Assembly: GCA_002633005.1 (NCBI GenBank)
Contig: NMRA01000020.1
Coordinates: 1,645,623 to 1,693,275, forward strand
Source: Phoronis australis
Lineage: Eukaryota > Animalia > Phoronida
Reading direction: 5' to 3'
Length of the DNA stretch: 47,653 nucleotides
Positions 11,215-24,367 of the stretch are shown here, piece after piece. The number at the start of each line of letters is the position of its first letter. Position 1 is the first letter of the stretch. The notes under the pieces were generated by a model. It ran no database searches, was not told where the DNA came from, and saw only the letters and a program-made list of their open reading frames with translations. Position numbers and translations under genes: made by a program.

Positions 11215-11954
11215 GATTTTTGTACTGCAGATGGGAAATATGTTTAATTAACCTTTTGCAGAAATTCTATAGATACAGAATTACAAAATGTGACTCTACT
11301 CTGATATATTGGTCACTGTCATGGATAACAAGTTTCAGCCACTGATAGTAACATACGCTGGAAGATTTAAGGCAAATTATGCCTCACACTGGCGGGATCG
11401 GTAAAAATAGGAGGGCGCACAGTGTAAAACTGGCCAGTTGACGTTTTGGGCTACTGAACGAAGGACTGATTGTAGAAAAGGTTACATTACAGGAGTATTT
11501 GTTTGAGTTGGAAGAAATTAAAGACATCAATGGGTACCTAAGGTGTCCCTCTATGAGCAAGAGGTACTTAAACAACATGACTTTGATGTTTTTATCAGTG
11601 TGAGGCATAAGTCACCGAAAATATATCAGTGTATGAAACTCTCAGAGGTGCTTCACTGTCTCTACTGGGGCCAGCTAGAGACGGTGCTCACTATCTAATC
11701 CACTGAATAGTAGGAATGTTATTGATTATTGTTTGCAAACCGTGTTATTCAGTTGTTACATTCATCAACTTTTTTCGACCATGTCCTTGTCCTATCGTCC
11801 GTTTCCCATTTTTCCCTTGTATAAAGTGACCAACAACACATGTATTCGCCTGGTCAAATCTAGACATTTGCTGTCACTGACCATGTTCCATCTGGCTAAC
11901 ACTAACAGCCTTATTCCGTGAGGTACCTATTGTTATTTAAATCAGTTTTTGGCC

Positions 11955-12342
11955 ACAATAAGATCAAAAACCGGACGATTGCCTCACAAATAAAAAAGTT
12001 CATGTTCAATTCAATGTTTCGTCTTTTCATTAGTTATCATCAGGATAATATTTACAACAATTTAGGACAACAAGTGCCAACATACAGCTCAGGTAACATC
12101 CATAGAGTGAAGTGAGAGATACATAGAATATGGTCAGTAGGTAGTCATCACCATAGCTGCAGGGTCACAGAGCTCTGCATGTTATTCAGAGAATCAGTGG
12201 CATGCTGGTTCTGAATGGCCAATGACTCTTTAATGTACAGTAACTCCTTATTAGGTTTTCTGCAGATAATACTAACAGAGTTGGCTTGGTGATTGTAGCT
12301 TTTTTATTTGTGTGGCAATCGTCCGGTTTTTGATCCTATTGT
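11955..12342. mobile_element. MITE with ~45-bp TIRs
   Basis: ACAATAAGATCAAAAACCGGACGATTGCCTCACAAATAAAAAAG versus CTTTTTTATTTGTGTGGCAATCGTCCGGTTTTTGATCCTATTGT. A related inverted partial copy lies at ~23660-23866. TSD unclear. Confidence 0.75.
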
Positions 12343-15109
12343 TATATTATGGATGGTTGTAGTTGGTATCAGATAAACATAAATTAGCTAGCATCAGTGT
12401 ACATGTGGTTTATTTCACTATGGCTCAGACCGGAAGAGCGAAGAGAGAATGAGCTCTCTAGTACAGGAAACATGATTTGAACATAGAGTATATCATTATA
12501 GTCCATAGATACTGGTAGAGTCCACAGAGGATATTGCAATATTATGACACCTGTAACTAGTGAACCTGCGCTAAAGTTATTACAACATGTTGATAGCGTC
12601 ATTTTCAAAACCAGAGAACATTATATCCGACTTGTTTCCAAAGTAGTTAGGTGTGATAAGACTGAACTCTGAAGTCGAAGTCCAAGCGGCTACAGTCACA
12701 GTTATGTGTCGAAAATCACCAATTTATCTTCAATTCAGACCCCTTTTAACTCACTTTTTAAGCAAGTACCACCGTGCAGGCGTACATGGCTGGTCCAGGT
12801 TAGATTACCAGTTTGGACATTGATCTGAGTCGGCATTTACTACATTTGTTCAGTAACATTTACATTGTTTCAAAAACACGATAGTGCCTAAACCCATAGC
12901 CAACCATGTTCACAAAAGCGCCGTCTACCGAGCAAAATGATAGAAGTGAACTACTTTCGCGCAGGCAAATGTACTCCATATGAGTAAGATAATACTCGCA
13001 GTGTTGGCTTACGTAGTAAATGATGAAACGCTAGAAATAATGTTTCCTGAAATAAAATTCAACTGTAACCAATTATTCGTTGGATTGGAATCGTGGCTTG
13101 TGAGTGATGTATGAAATTCTTTTGTTTGATCCCACATGCACGCCCGTTGGTGCTAGGCCTGACCATCTGAGTGCGATTTTCTACGTGCCGCCGAAACGGG
13201 ATACAAAGTGCTGTTTTAAATTGCCGTTTATGTATTTTAATTTATTTTGACATTTTTTGTGTTCTATTTTGTGACTCGAGTTTTGCAGTTCGAGAGAAGT
13301 GATCACGTGACAGATTCTGAATGATCTGATTGGTCTAAGCCATTGTTTACAAATTCCGCCGGCCTATTTTCCGTGTCCTGGTAGTTATTTCATATGTCAC
13401 ATAGTTTCTTCTACACCAGCGTGGCTTATGAACAACTAATTCCTGTAATTACTGTTTGAAACTGAAAAGTTTGGCCAACTTAGGATTGTGGTTGATGAAT
13501 TCTATAGTTTTAAGTGTGTTCTTACTTTCATTTTTCCATGCTAGTAGTTGGGGTATGAGCCACAGGTTTTCGTCTCTACTTTTTTCCATTTGCGTTTCGA
13601 TTAATTTTTTTGGAATTAAATGTGTATTTATTTCAGGCTTTCCATATAATCTTTGGATCGATTTACAATTTTTTTTGTTTTGTAATGTTATATCTTAATC
13701 ATAAGAATTGAAAATAATTTTAGGCCTATGGGTCTCCCTGCAGCAAATTGAGAATAAGCTCCTGCCACTCATACTGCAAATTTTTCATTATTATCTTTAT
13801 TTTTTAATTTTAAAAAATATTTTTTGTTGCATCTAATTGCCTTACTGTTTCTGAATTAGATGTCAGGTATCGCTCAAGATGAGTGCGTTTTGCCAACATG
13901 ACACATTAAGAGGGCATTATGTGATAATAATGTTTACTTTCGATCTGTTTAGGTATGGTTTAGATTGAAATGTGTAGTTAGGGCGGTAAAAATTTCCTCT
14001 TTTTTGACATGGGTCATTCCAAGCCCTGTACAATGAATATGAATTTTGGTGATGCCATAAAAAAGTTAGAAACAGAAAAATAACACTGCAGCAGATCAAT
14101 AACAGAATGATCCAAACCTTTTTACCGTCCAGTTGCATGTAACAACTATAACGTATGCAGACGATTGGGTTTGTCCATCTATACTAATTGCGGTAAAGCT
14201 GTTGATGGGACAGGCTTTGGAGTGGAATGAACGACATAACGCCAGACGAGTTAACAGATGACGTAGTCAATAGATGAAATGGCAATCTGAGTTATTCGGA
14301 AATGATGAAAAGTGACTACTCGGCCAAAACAACAGATGTGGTTAGCACAACCATCAAATTCGTGAAGAAGGCACAAGATATGCTTGAAGCAGGTGCAAAG
14401 AAAATGTGAGGAAGGTGTTAACCAAACAGGAGTAAGCATGAGGGCCACCCTGAGAGTAACCATGAGAGGACCGTGACTGTCTTCTCTTACACCTGTGTTC
14501 TGGTTACGCCCCTGTCTAGCTAGCTTTGAGGCAGCCGTACAAAGTCTAATACTGTGGTGGCTGTACTGTAAATGGCAAGATCTCTGGTGCATTTTGCTTG
14601 CCTAGTATCTTCTAGAAAAAGACTGGGCGACCAATCGGTAAATACACTCAAGCCTGTGTGGCTTTCACTCATTAGTTATTAGCCATTACTGAATATGCCC
14701 CCGAATAATGGCTCCTTTGTTTTCTGGGTCAGTATTGGATATCATCTCTGGTGATAGACATATTAAAGCTAACCCGTTTTTGCTGTCACACTTCATGGTC
14801 TACAAGCACTGAAGATAAATAAGGTTTGATGTTCTATGTGCTTGATCTAGCATTGATTTTGCTTGCCTCTCTTTTGCTTTAGTTCATTTATCTTCCTGCG
14901 CGTGGTTCAAAGTTTTACGTTTGATTTTTATTTGTGTTGTTTTCCTGTCAGTTAGTTTTATCAGGTGAGACTGAAGTGTTGGTTCATCTCAAGTAGCCTG
15001 CTCATTGCACCACTCAGATTTTACAAGGAAGTCTATGAAGTTGGCAAAAGAATGTTATAAGTGAAATCATTATGGTGAATGAGCGTATAACAAAACTTTG
15101 TATTTTAAG

Positions 15110-15289
15110 GTCTTGCTCTCTACAGTTCTCTTCCAAGCATCAGAATATATGAGTGACACAGTGACATCTAGTATCACAAATCTTTGCTTGTCGTTGAATG
15201 GCTGGAGTCTGTTCAAGGTTGCTAGGCAGGCAGCTCGCTACGGACACCATGGCATTGCTGCTACAATGTGGATCAAAGTGGCCAATCAG
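15110..15289 (+). CDS. INTS7: Integrator complex subunit 7, internal exon (first recognised in this window)
   Basis: AAG|...CAG|GT, 180 bp, phase 0/0. VLLSTVLFQAS...NGWSLFKVARQAARYGHH resembles INTS7 VSLATVIFVAS...NGWTVYRIARQASRMGNH (recalled). Confidence 0.92.
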
Positions 15290-15964
15290 GTGCTGTATAC
15301 ATTATAATGCATCGTGGTGTACCCGATGTATGTTTTACGCAATCACGTTGACTAGTCACAGACGGAGATAATAGGCAAAGATAATTAGTCTGTATCCTCA
15401 TATAAATGCCAGTGTCTTGAATGCAATGGTGTCTAACCACAAATTAAAGCAATCAATTAAATTCTCTCAGCCTGTAGTGTGTTTGCATCATCATTAATTT
15501 ATTCTTTTAAAAAGTCTGCTATTTCTGTATCATAACTGAGGTTTTTAAAGTTGTAAGAGTAGTTTTTAAAATTTATCCCATACGCGTTGAATCTGTCGAG
15601 GGAAATACGGCCATTTAATAAAGTTTTCCGTATTCACCTCCCGCACTACTTCAATAGTGATCTCTGACATGAAAGTTCAAAAGTCGACTCGACGTCATTA
15701 GCCAGATCGATCACCAAACTTTCGGAAGATAGTTTAAAGTAATACAATTATAGCAGTGTAACTAGCGCTCAACATAAGTCAGGTCTCAATCCTAACATCT
15801 GAAAGAAGACCGTTGATTATATGACAGTTATGTCTCAGTTTTCATTTGCTAAATATTTTTATCGTCTGCAATTCAGACGCCGAAAAACTTTGCAGTTGGA
15901 ATGATTCTGACAAAAAGCACTGATTATGAAATGTTTTATAAAACCACCACTCTTTATATTTCAG

Positions 15965-16093
15965 GTTTGGTCTGAGCACCTGCAGAGCTGGCTGACTGCC
16001 TTACACCAGGTTTGTCTGGCTGAAGAGAGGGTGATGGTCAATGACTTAACACAGGCACTGACCATTTACCAGCAAGGCATCACATCACTAAAG
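15965..16093 (+). CDS. INTS7: INTS7 exon
   Basis: TTTCAG|...AAG|GT, 129 bp; VWSEHLQSWLTALHQVCLAEE...YQQGITSLK. Confidence 0.92.
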
Positions 16094-16401
16094 GTTTGTT
16101 CAGTCTTATTCCGATGATATGACGTTATAAACATATTATCAGGCTCAGTAAAATTTACAAGGCTCTCTTATATTTTAGTGGTTGTTTGTGCATGGTGAAG
16201 GATCCTGTATTTGAGAAAGAGTAGGGGGAGTGATAAACAAGGTGAGGGTGAGGTTCGTAGGTCAATTTCATGCTGTGATTGAAATATTTCTGTGAAAACT
16301 GCCTTCCTATTTTTGTTCATTCAACCTTGTAAGCCCACAAGTTAACAGTCTTATGAGTTTCCCCTAATTATACACAGATGCCGCTTGTTGTGTGTTTCTA
16401 G

Positions 16402-16596
16402 GCAGCCAGTAGCCCCAGTCACCAGCTACATTTCCAGTGTGAGTTTGTCCGGCTGCGGGTGCTCTTCATTAAGGCCCACCACCAACTGCAACTGGTTTGT
16501 CGGAGCTTTGACACCAATCCGCCGCCAGCTATTGCCTCTAGCGTGGCTGCTGTCATGCAAAATGATCTCTACAAATGTGGCCACATCACTGCCCAG
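16402..16596 (+). CDS. INTS7: INTS7 exon
   Basis: TTTCTAG|...CAG|GTAAAT, 195 bp; AASSPSHQLHFQCEFVRLR...PPPAIASSVAAVMQNDLYKCGHITAQ is a highly characteristic INTS7 segment. Confidence 0.95.
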
Positions 16597-17444
16597 GTAA
16601 ATTGCATTGCTTCCCGAGGACCAGTAATACTAGGACTTTGAATACTTTTGGGCTTTTTCAAACTTCAAAACACAGGACACATTTTTGCTGACCAGTTAGG
16701 AACAATTTGGTTATCGGTCATTGACTGGTTGCTTGCCCAACTCTTGCCAGACACGTAATGGTCAGTTAGGAGTCATTAAGTATCAGTCCACGAATCCAAC
16801 GACCACTGCACAGCCAACAAGCGGCAAGGTGGGAGGTCAGCCATTCAGATCCATGTTTAGTCTGATTAATCACATTACGGATGAGAGAAATTGGGTGAAG
16901 TATGACACCACAAAGTTTGGTGGTTTAGGAGATACAAGGGAAGTGTTCTGGGGGGCAAAATGAGGCAATTTCTTGATGTGGAATGAGTCATTTTTGACAA
17001 AATTTTCTACTCCAGTTTCTGCTTCAAACAGAATGGTTTCTGAACAATTTTGATATCACATGATAGGTTCATGCCCAATGTCAGTAAAAATGGCATCGAC
17101 ACTGAAATATCGGTTACTATGGTAACACTGGAACTGTTTCCGTGGAGGTACATTTCCTTCTTGTGAAAAACCAGCAGTAAGTTGTACCCTTATAGCAAAG
17201 CTGCCCCCGCGAGAAAACTAAAAATAATAACATGGACATGTAGAAGACTCCGTGCCCTTGAAATTAATACACTAAAAACTTTGTCAGCCCTTCAGGCAGG
17301 CTTGGTAATAGGTGTCTGAATTTCACTATTTTCAGACCGCGTATGTGTATTTGTCATGTTATACCAGTCACTAGTTGTGCGCCGTTTCTACGCATCAATA
17401 TGCCATGGTATAATACAACAATTAAAAGCATTGGTTTGCTTAAA

Positions 17445-19052
17445 CAGGGCTCAACATTCACTTTTTAGGCCACTTGCCCGAAATTTTTGCTTGCCCGAAC
17501 AACAAATTCACTTGCCCCAAGTACAATTCCAAATAGCACCGTGCATGTGCACACCTAGGCAATGTGTTACCGTAGGGCTGCCTGTGCTGAGCCTCCTCTT
17601 GTGTCGTGCATGCTGAATACATGAGTTGCCAGTGGCGGATTTAAGGGGGCCATGGCTCCCCCTAAAATTCTACCAGATACCATTTGAGAGTTCGGGTGCA
17701 CGCAAGCAGGGGCTCATCGGGGGTGATATACAACGCATAGGCCCTGAACAAACTCCGTTTACCTTTTTTTAGTCAACAGGTCCTCATTCGAGGCCTCTGC
17801 GTCCCCACAATTTAGCTTGGGCGCGCGTATCTGCCAAAATTCTGGTTATTCCATGCCCTGGCCCCCCTAACTCAAAATCCTGGATCCGCCCCTGGTTGCT
17901 ATTTTTTCAACGATTCTTCTTATAGAATATTTATTTATAAGGTGTGTCAAAACACTAGAGAGACAAATTAGAAGAGTAATTATGGTATCTGAACCATTGT
18001 CTCACGTTCACAAGTGCCGAAATGAGCTAGGGCATGAACTCTACACACTTGTGTATTCATTAGTTTATAGGCCTACACCCTCATGCATTAAACTGAATTT
18101 GAATTTTTGCTATCCGTAAAAGCCTTAGTTTTGGTCATTGGTACCTTGTATTAAATTTATATCAAATTTTAACATATAATAATGCCACATATAATTACTT
18201 TTATTTTCAATAAATAATTACATTTTTGAAAAATAGATAGACAGCGAAAAAGTCACCCTTCAGAGCGACAATCCTGAAGACCGTATTCCTCTTCTTTCGG
18301 AAGTCGCCACCGGGAGCCGGGAATTCATAAGAATTTACTTTGGAATTTCCCCTGAATAAATACCAGGCCTTTAAAACTGCGGTGTAGTGTAAAAAATATG
18401 TGGTCAATCATTCACTTTTTAGCTTTTACGCTTATCTGTATGACTTACATCCGCCGACGAACGCGGTGCTTCCAGCTGTACATGGGAAAACGCCGGCAAA
18501 AATCACACGTCATCCCTTGTTCACTGTCTCGCAGGCCAAGAAACCTGATTTCCCATGATGGAACCCATCCCCGCACTCTTTTCGTTTCATATTGTTGCTT
18601 TGATTCGTCCTAAATTTGTTTTTTAGCAACTAAACCAATGCCGTCCAGGCGTGGACGGCTTCCTTGTTTGGACATTTTGCCAGAGTGCAGACGATCAGTA
18701 GTATCACGTGACAACTTGTTCAGAAACTGCAGGGCACGTTCAGAGAATCGAAAGGATTTTACCACAGGCGTCATCTGTGCACGGTGCGTCACACTCGTTC
18801 TATTTTCCTTTCGGTGCTCATTCGAAGACGGGAGTTTCTTTGACGGCCACAGGGGCTTTTTCGACGGTTTTTAGGCTTGTGTCGGGGTTCGTTACTTTGG
18901 AGCAAATGTCGAGCAGACAATCTTAGGATCTACTTGCCTATGTGGCCAACTTTTTAACTTGCCCATCGGGCAAGTACTTTTCAAATTCCACTTGCCCGAT
19001 GCAAAATCTAAATGTACACGGGCAATCGGGCAACCGTTAGTGTTGAGCCCTG
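17445..19052. mobile_element. Non-autonomous hAT-like DNA transposon with apparent 6-bp TSD
   Basis: TIRs CAGGGCTCAACA / TGTTGAGCCCTG; multiple subterminal CTTGCCC/GGGCAA motifs at both ends; flanking CTTAAA at 17439-17444 and 19053-19058. Confidence 0.85.
17630..17894. mobile_element. hAT-like MITE nested in the 17445-19052 element, 5-bp TSD
   Basis: CAGTGGCGGAT...ATCCGCCCCTG; TSD GTTGC at 17625-17629 and 17895-17899. Confidence 0.82.
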
Positions 19053-19165
19053 CTTAAATGTTTTTAACTAGCATTTCCCACAAAAATATGAAATTATACT
19101 ACGCAAATTTGTTCATCCAACTCGTCTGAATACCAAACTAAGCTTACAGTGCGTTTGGTTGAATG

Positions 19166-21600
19166 ATGGCTGACCTAAAGTGTGGGTTTGTGAATTTATC
19201 TGTTTATCTGGCACTGCCAGTCGCATCGAATGTGGTATTTCTACAAATTGCGGAGAGAAACAACTTTGGAAACTCTTGGGAAATGCACAAGGAAAAGAGC
19301 GAGACATTTGAGCACCTTATTATGCACCCACATATTTATATGTGGACGCATTATGCCGTTATCTCGTCCGTCCGGGCGGCGTCCGCTGCTCTATCTCCAA
19401 AACCCTTTGACATACGTTCATGAAATTTGGCACTTATGTTCCTTTCATTACCGGTGTGCCCCCTAGTGGCAATTTTAGTTCTTTACGCTTACCTTTGTAT
19501 CTTCAAAAGTCCTGAACGGATTTTCATGAAATTTGGTATGTAGGCACCTATTAATGAGATGACGCTATCCTCCCGTTTTCAGATGGATTCGACATAGTTT
19601 GCGCCACCTAGTGGCCATTTTTACTGTTTTCGAGTCTGTATTTTTGCATCCACCCCTCTGTCAACCAAACCGCTCAAAGGATGATTGTGAAAATTGGCAT
19701 GTATGTGCTTACTATGAAGAGGACGGTTCACGCTGAATTTCGCATGACTTTGATTACTGTGACGCCTCCTAGTGGCAGTTTTTTTTGCGCCCATGGCTGT
19801 ATCTCCCAAACCGTTTGCAGGATCTTTACTAAATTTAGCAAGTGTATTTATGTAATGTTGACAATGGAAGATGACGACTTTAGGATGATTCTGACTACCG
19901 GTATGCCTCTAGTGGCAATTTAAGTATTTTACATTGACCTCTGTATTTTCATAGGTCTTCAGGTGTATACTTTATGTTACTTCGTGACTATGAAGGAAAA
20001 GTTCCAAGTAGAAATTTGTTTCTGGCATTCTAATGCTGTGCTAATCTCGTATGTTGGTAAATTTGTTTTTAATTCTATGCTTCTGTGGTGCTTTAAGCAA
20101 CTGATGCATAGGATGTGCTTGTATTATGAAGATCACTCACATTTTGCCCCTAGCCTATTGAGGAGACAATGACCATGCCTTTCCATTTTGCAAAGTACAA
20201 CATGTCCTCTACTGGCCACTTTATGGTACCAATAAACAACCCTAGAAGGATACCGTATACGGTGCAATTGTGGGCGCATTTCAACGCTCTGCGTGGCTCT
20301 TGTAAGAGTAAGTGGAGCTGATGTGGAGGTGGAACGTGTCCTCCTGAGAAGTAGTCTGTCTCAGTGTCTGCCTCGGAGGCAGCTGTGCAGCAGGAGCTAC
20401 GTAATCTACCGTATTAGATTCACTTGCCCGAATCATCGTTACAACACTTGAGATATATTGGCGTCGCCAAAGACACTGAGTACATCCACTGCACACTAGA
20501 GGAGAAATCTGATTAGAGGTCTGAAAAATAACTAAAGACGTTAAGTCAAGGTTCAACGTCCTGCTTCGTGTGAGCTCAGGTAGGAATCACTATACTCCAG
20601 GGTCTGACCCTGAGGAATATTTAGAAGCACGACATTCATGCAAAAATACTTTTATTGACACACAGTGATTGCTGATAACTTGGGCCTTATTGCTTAATCA
20701 TATCTTATTCAAATGTGTTGATGTTTATGCAACTACATGAATGCATTGGCATAGAAAAAAGATAGTCATCATAACTTTTCATAACAACCACCAAATGTGT
20801 AACATGACTTCTGCCCATGAACTACTTTTAGAGAGTAGGGAGTATGTTTTGTCTGCCAATGAATTTCTGTGATTATGAAGTTAATTAAACATGCCCTAAA
20901 GCCGTCAAAAATATTGGTGCCTTCACTTTAGCTTGGTATTCATATTTTCTAAGCCGAAATGGCAACATTAAATTTAATATGTTTAATTTTTTCATTAATA
21001 CAATTTTAGGAATAAGGAAAGGCTTCTGCTGAAGAAGTGGCTTCTTCTGAAGTTGGAGATCTGCCGATTATTGGTAAAGGTTGGGTATGGAAAACTTCAC
21101 AACCAGCAAGAAAGTACCCTTCTGGACAACTAAGCGAGGGGGCTAGAGAGAGGCCGAAAAGTCTACTCCCAGAAGATATGTCAAAGAGAATTTGTAGCTT
21201 GAGGAACGAGTCGGGGAAAAGGTATTTGCCAAAGGTTACTGGCTTATACCACAACAGGTCCAAAGTAATTTGTTGAGATAGGCCACTCTCAGCAAATGTG
21301 GGGAAACTGGGACAGAGGAAGTGGAGTATGCATTGAAAGAGGCAATCTGCGATTGTCAAGGATGTAGCATTGTGAAAATTCAAAGGGTGGAAACAGTACA
21401 GTGGCTGGACCTGCAAATACTCTGGCTGATCTGCTAAATCCAGTGGGGGCGTTATTGTGTCAGCACAGCTGTGTAGGGAAGTAGGCTTGTGTGTTGTCGC
21501 AAGCTTTGTTTGCACCGGAACTGCTTGTGTGAAAAGCACAAATCTAAAATTTACCTAGACTGAATTTTTGTCCAGGCACGGATCATGATCCTTGGCCACG
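19166..21600 (+). pseudogene. Degenerate transposase-like ORF remnants, interrupted by a HINE (possibly Sola3-like; family uncertain)
   Basis: LGKCTRKRARHLST[HINE]LRVSGADVEVERVLLRS...TCPNHRYN / LEIYWRRQRH*VHPLH (a C-P-x-H-R...W...HPxH zinc-like motif), then LPIIGKGWVWK...YWLIPQQVQS and a Cys-rich tail at ~21460-21600. Confidence 0.45.
19318..20302 (+). mobile_element. Full-length HINE/DINE-1-like non-autonomous Helentron
   Basis: 5' ATGCACCCACA/TGTGGACGCAT hairpin, GTCC microsatellite, central ~150-bp tandem units, 3' subTIR TGTGGGCGCAT plus short stem-loop. Inserted in a TT with no TSD. Confidence 0.8.
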
Positions 21601-24093
21601 TGGTAATGGTACATTGTTCATTTGTTTAGCCACTGGATTTTTTGGTCTGACAGGATTTCTCAGTGTGGCCATCACATTTAGATGATTTCTGACCACTGTT
21701 CTGTTCCTTTTCCTTGAAGATGCGTAATTGATCTGGATTTATGTTTCCGCATTTTATTTACCATTATAGATTTTTGTTTGTATATGGATATATATTGCTG
21801 AAATTTGAGCCCTTGTTGCAGTTAGGCTGGTTTTGTTAACTTATCTTTCTACCTGGGTTGTAAACCTTCTGTCCATGAGGTAATAAGTTTTGATTTAGAC
21901 CATTTACCTCATAAACATTGCTCAGTTTGTTCCTTATCCAGATGGGAAGTGATTTCTGGAATTGTAGCTAGTTTGCTATTCCTTGAGACCATGCTGTGTG
22001 TATAAAATCAGACACTATTAGACTGGTCTCCAGCAATTGCATATTGCCAGATCTTTCAAAGTTCTGAAATTGCTCAAAAGTGACGTGGAAGTAATACCTC
22101 ATGATGGTAAAATGTCTAAATCAAAAGTTGTTTTATGTGATTTTAGGCGAGTTTATGTCCACTTCAAATGATTTTTTGTTGCATTACTGAAAAGTATTGG
22201 CACATTAGCTCTGGTGGCTCCTTGTTTTTTTGGGGAATTGACCATTTTATGGTTCCCATGGGTAATTTTGTTACTGGTCTAGTATGTATGTACAACTGTA
22301 ATCGTAGGGCAATTGTATTGCAAACCATGTTGCAATAGTAATTTTTTTCATGACCATTTTATTGTAAAATGCTGCCTAATTGGAACCGACAAGCCAATTT
22401 TTCATTTTGTGATGGTTAGTTTTGATAAGAACATTGATGTGGTAAATACAGCTACCTCAAGTTTGTGAAGAAGAGATTTCCGGTGTTGTCAGCGATATTG
22501 ATCGAGAAGGCAATTTTTTATTAGAGTCATAACATTTGCACTTTTGACTGTACAGTTATCTTTGCATTGTGTTGCGAAGTACACAAGTCTCTGGTTGGTA
22601 TTTTATATTTTTTCACAAGGAAAAATTTCAACTTAGATGAGTTGTCTGTGAGGTAGGCAATTTTCAAATAAGGTAATGAATAAAATTGTCAAACATTGTT
22701 TTATTTTTTAGATGTGTGATCTTCCAATAAGTGGTTACTTTTAAAAAACCTGTGCAGAATTTGATTGTTACTCTTCATTTAAAGGAAAATAAATCCATAA
22801 ACCTGCATTGTCTAGAAATTTTATTCAAACTACACATTACAGGGTTGGGGATTGGAATCTTAAGACAACGGAGTCTGAACCCGTACTATGAGCAATACAA
22901 CACAATACACGGATATAAAAATTTGGTGTTTAGGTTCCACGGAAAGGATTCGTGTGCGCGGTAATAGTTACTAAGGTGCATGGTCATTGTTTGTGGATAC
23001 TTTGGGTTTCCTCTTCTGTGGTCATCCACCGGAAACCTGGTCGCATAGAGAACAATAGATTAGCATCTTCATTGTTCCCTTTGTTATAATAAAGATATAA
23101 TGACGAGCACTTCTCAGCAACGGTCTGATGTACGCAAGGTTCTACATGTATATCCATGCGACCTGTGTTGTTATATCCAACAATGACACAACAAAGGAAA
23201 ACAATGATAGGACCGATGGGCGAAACACGTGACGAGTTGCCACGGACAGTGGTGGAGTTTGTCTTGTTTTTAGAGAACTGCAAACCCGGTATTTCGTCAG
23301 GAAATTTTCTGCGTTCTTTTGTTTTAAGTCGTGGCACCAAACTTATCATTCATTTGATATTAAAATGCATTGCATGAATACTTGATCAACAGAAAATCTG
23401 ACTTGAATATGTGTGAAGAAATACCCATGAGGAAATTGTAAGGTATAATAACTGTAAATCAAAATAACCTACATTTGTCGAGATCATGTCTAACCCTGTT
23501 CACTGTGGAGGACATAATCGGCTTTTTACAAAATGGAGCCATGTATGGTATTTAGGGGTACTATAGCCCTAAGTGGTAAGTAGTAAAATGTTCAAAACAT
23601 TCAGGAGGAACTAACTTGTTGCAAAATATCAAAAAACATGAAGGACAATCGGATTTTACGGAGAGATAATAGAATATATGGTCGGTAGCTAGTCATCACC
23701 ATAGCTGTATCTCTCACTTCACTCTATGGATGTTACCTGAGCTTTATGTTGGCACTTGTTGTCCTAAATTGTTGTAAATATTATCCAGATGATGTCTAAT
23801 GAAAAGACGAAACATTGAATTGAACATGAACTTTTTTATTTGTGCGGCGATCGTCCTTTTTTTGATAGTATAATTTATACTAATAGTTAAAACTGAGCTG
23901 AGTAGCTAGACATCTGACTGAAGGGTCTAGCTGTGTGCCGCAGTGGGACTCAAACCCATAGCCTCGAGTAAAAAAGCGAACACTTATCCTAAATGCCTTC
24001 TTCAGTCTCCTCTTCAGTTTGTTACTGTAACTTATTATTCAGAATTATCTTTATTATTAGAAATTGCAACTAAATTCATTTCGTTTTCCTTAG

Positions 24094-24197
24094 CTGCAAG
24101 AGTGCATGCTGGAGTTTCAAGAGATATCGGCTTTGTACGGGAGCTTATTTCAAACTCTCTTTGACGCTGATGCTGAGAGCTTGAAAGCTATTCAGGT
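24094..24197 (+). CDS. INTS7: INTS7 exon ending at a U12-type donor (phase 2)
   Basis: CCTTAG|LQECMLEFQEISALYGSLFQTLFDADAESLKAIQV; matches INTS7 ...EEFRSLASRYGDLYQASFDADSATL (recalled). Confidence 0.92.
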
Positions 24198-24367
24198 GTA
24201 TCCTTTTGATGTGTGGCATTCAATGCCTTGACCTGTTGAGGGCAAAGTTGACTTGAATGTATAGTATGTGGTATACTCTTAGCCGTTTTACAAGTTTCGA
24301 TGAGTATTAGTGTGTTAAGATGGTTAGTGTTAACTTGCTATTTTAAAGAACCCTTGACATGTGCCAG
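24198..24367 (+). other. U12-type (minor spliceosome) GT-AG intron, 170 bp
   Basis: Donor GTATCCTTT (24198-24206); branch site CCCTTGAC (24351-24358) about 10 nt from the 3' CAG; no polypyrimidine tract; reading frame preserved. Confidence 0.9.

Noticed and set aside
14640-14823. Possible additional upstream INTS7 exon
   Set aside because: Stops occur in the frames compatible with the next exon and similarity is unconvincing. Earlier exons probably lie left of the window, so the intronic status of 1-15109 is inferred.
21006-21539. 177-aa minus-strand ORF
   Set aside because: No recognisable domain; the protein-like motifs here are on the plus strand in broken frames.
24196-24197. CAG|GT as the main donor of the INTS7 exon
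   Set aside because: It gives the wrong phase for the next exon and a premature stop; the U12 donor at 24198 preserves frame and homology.
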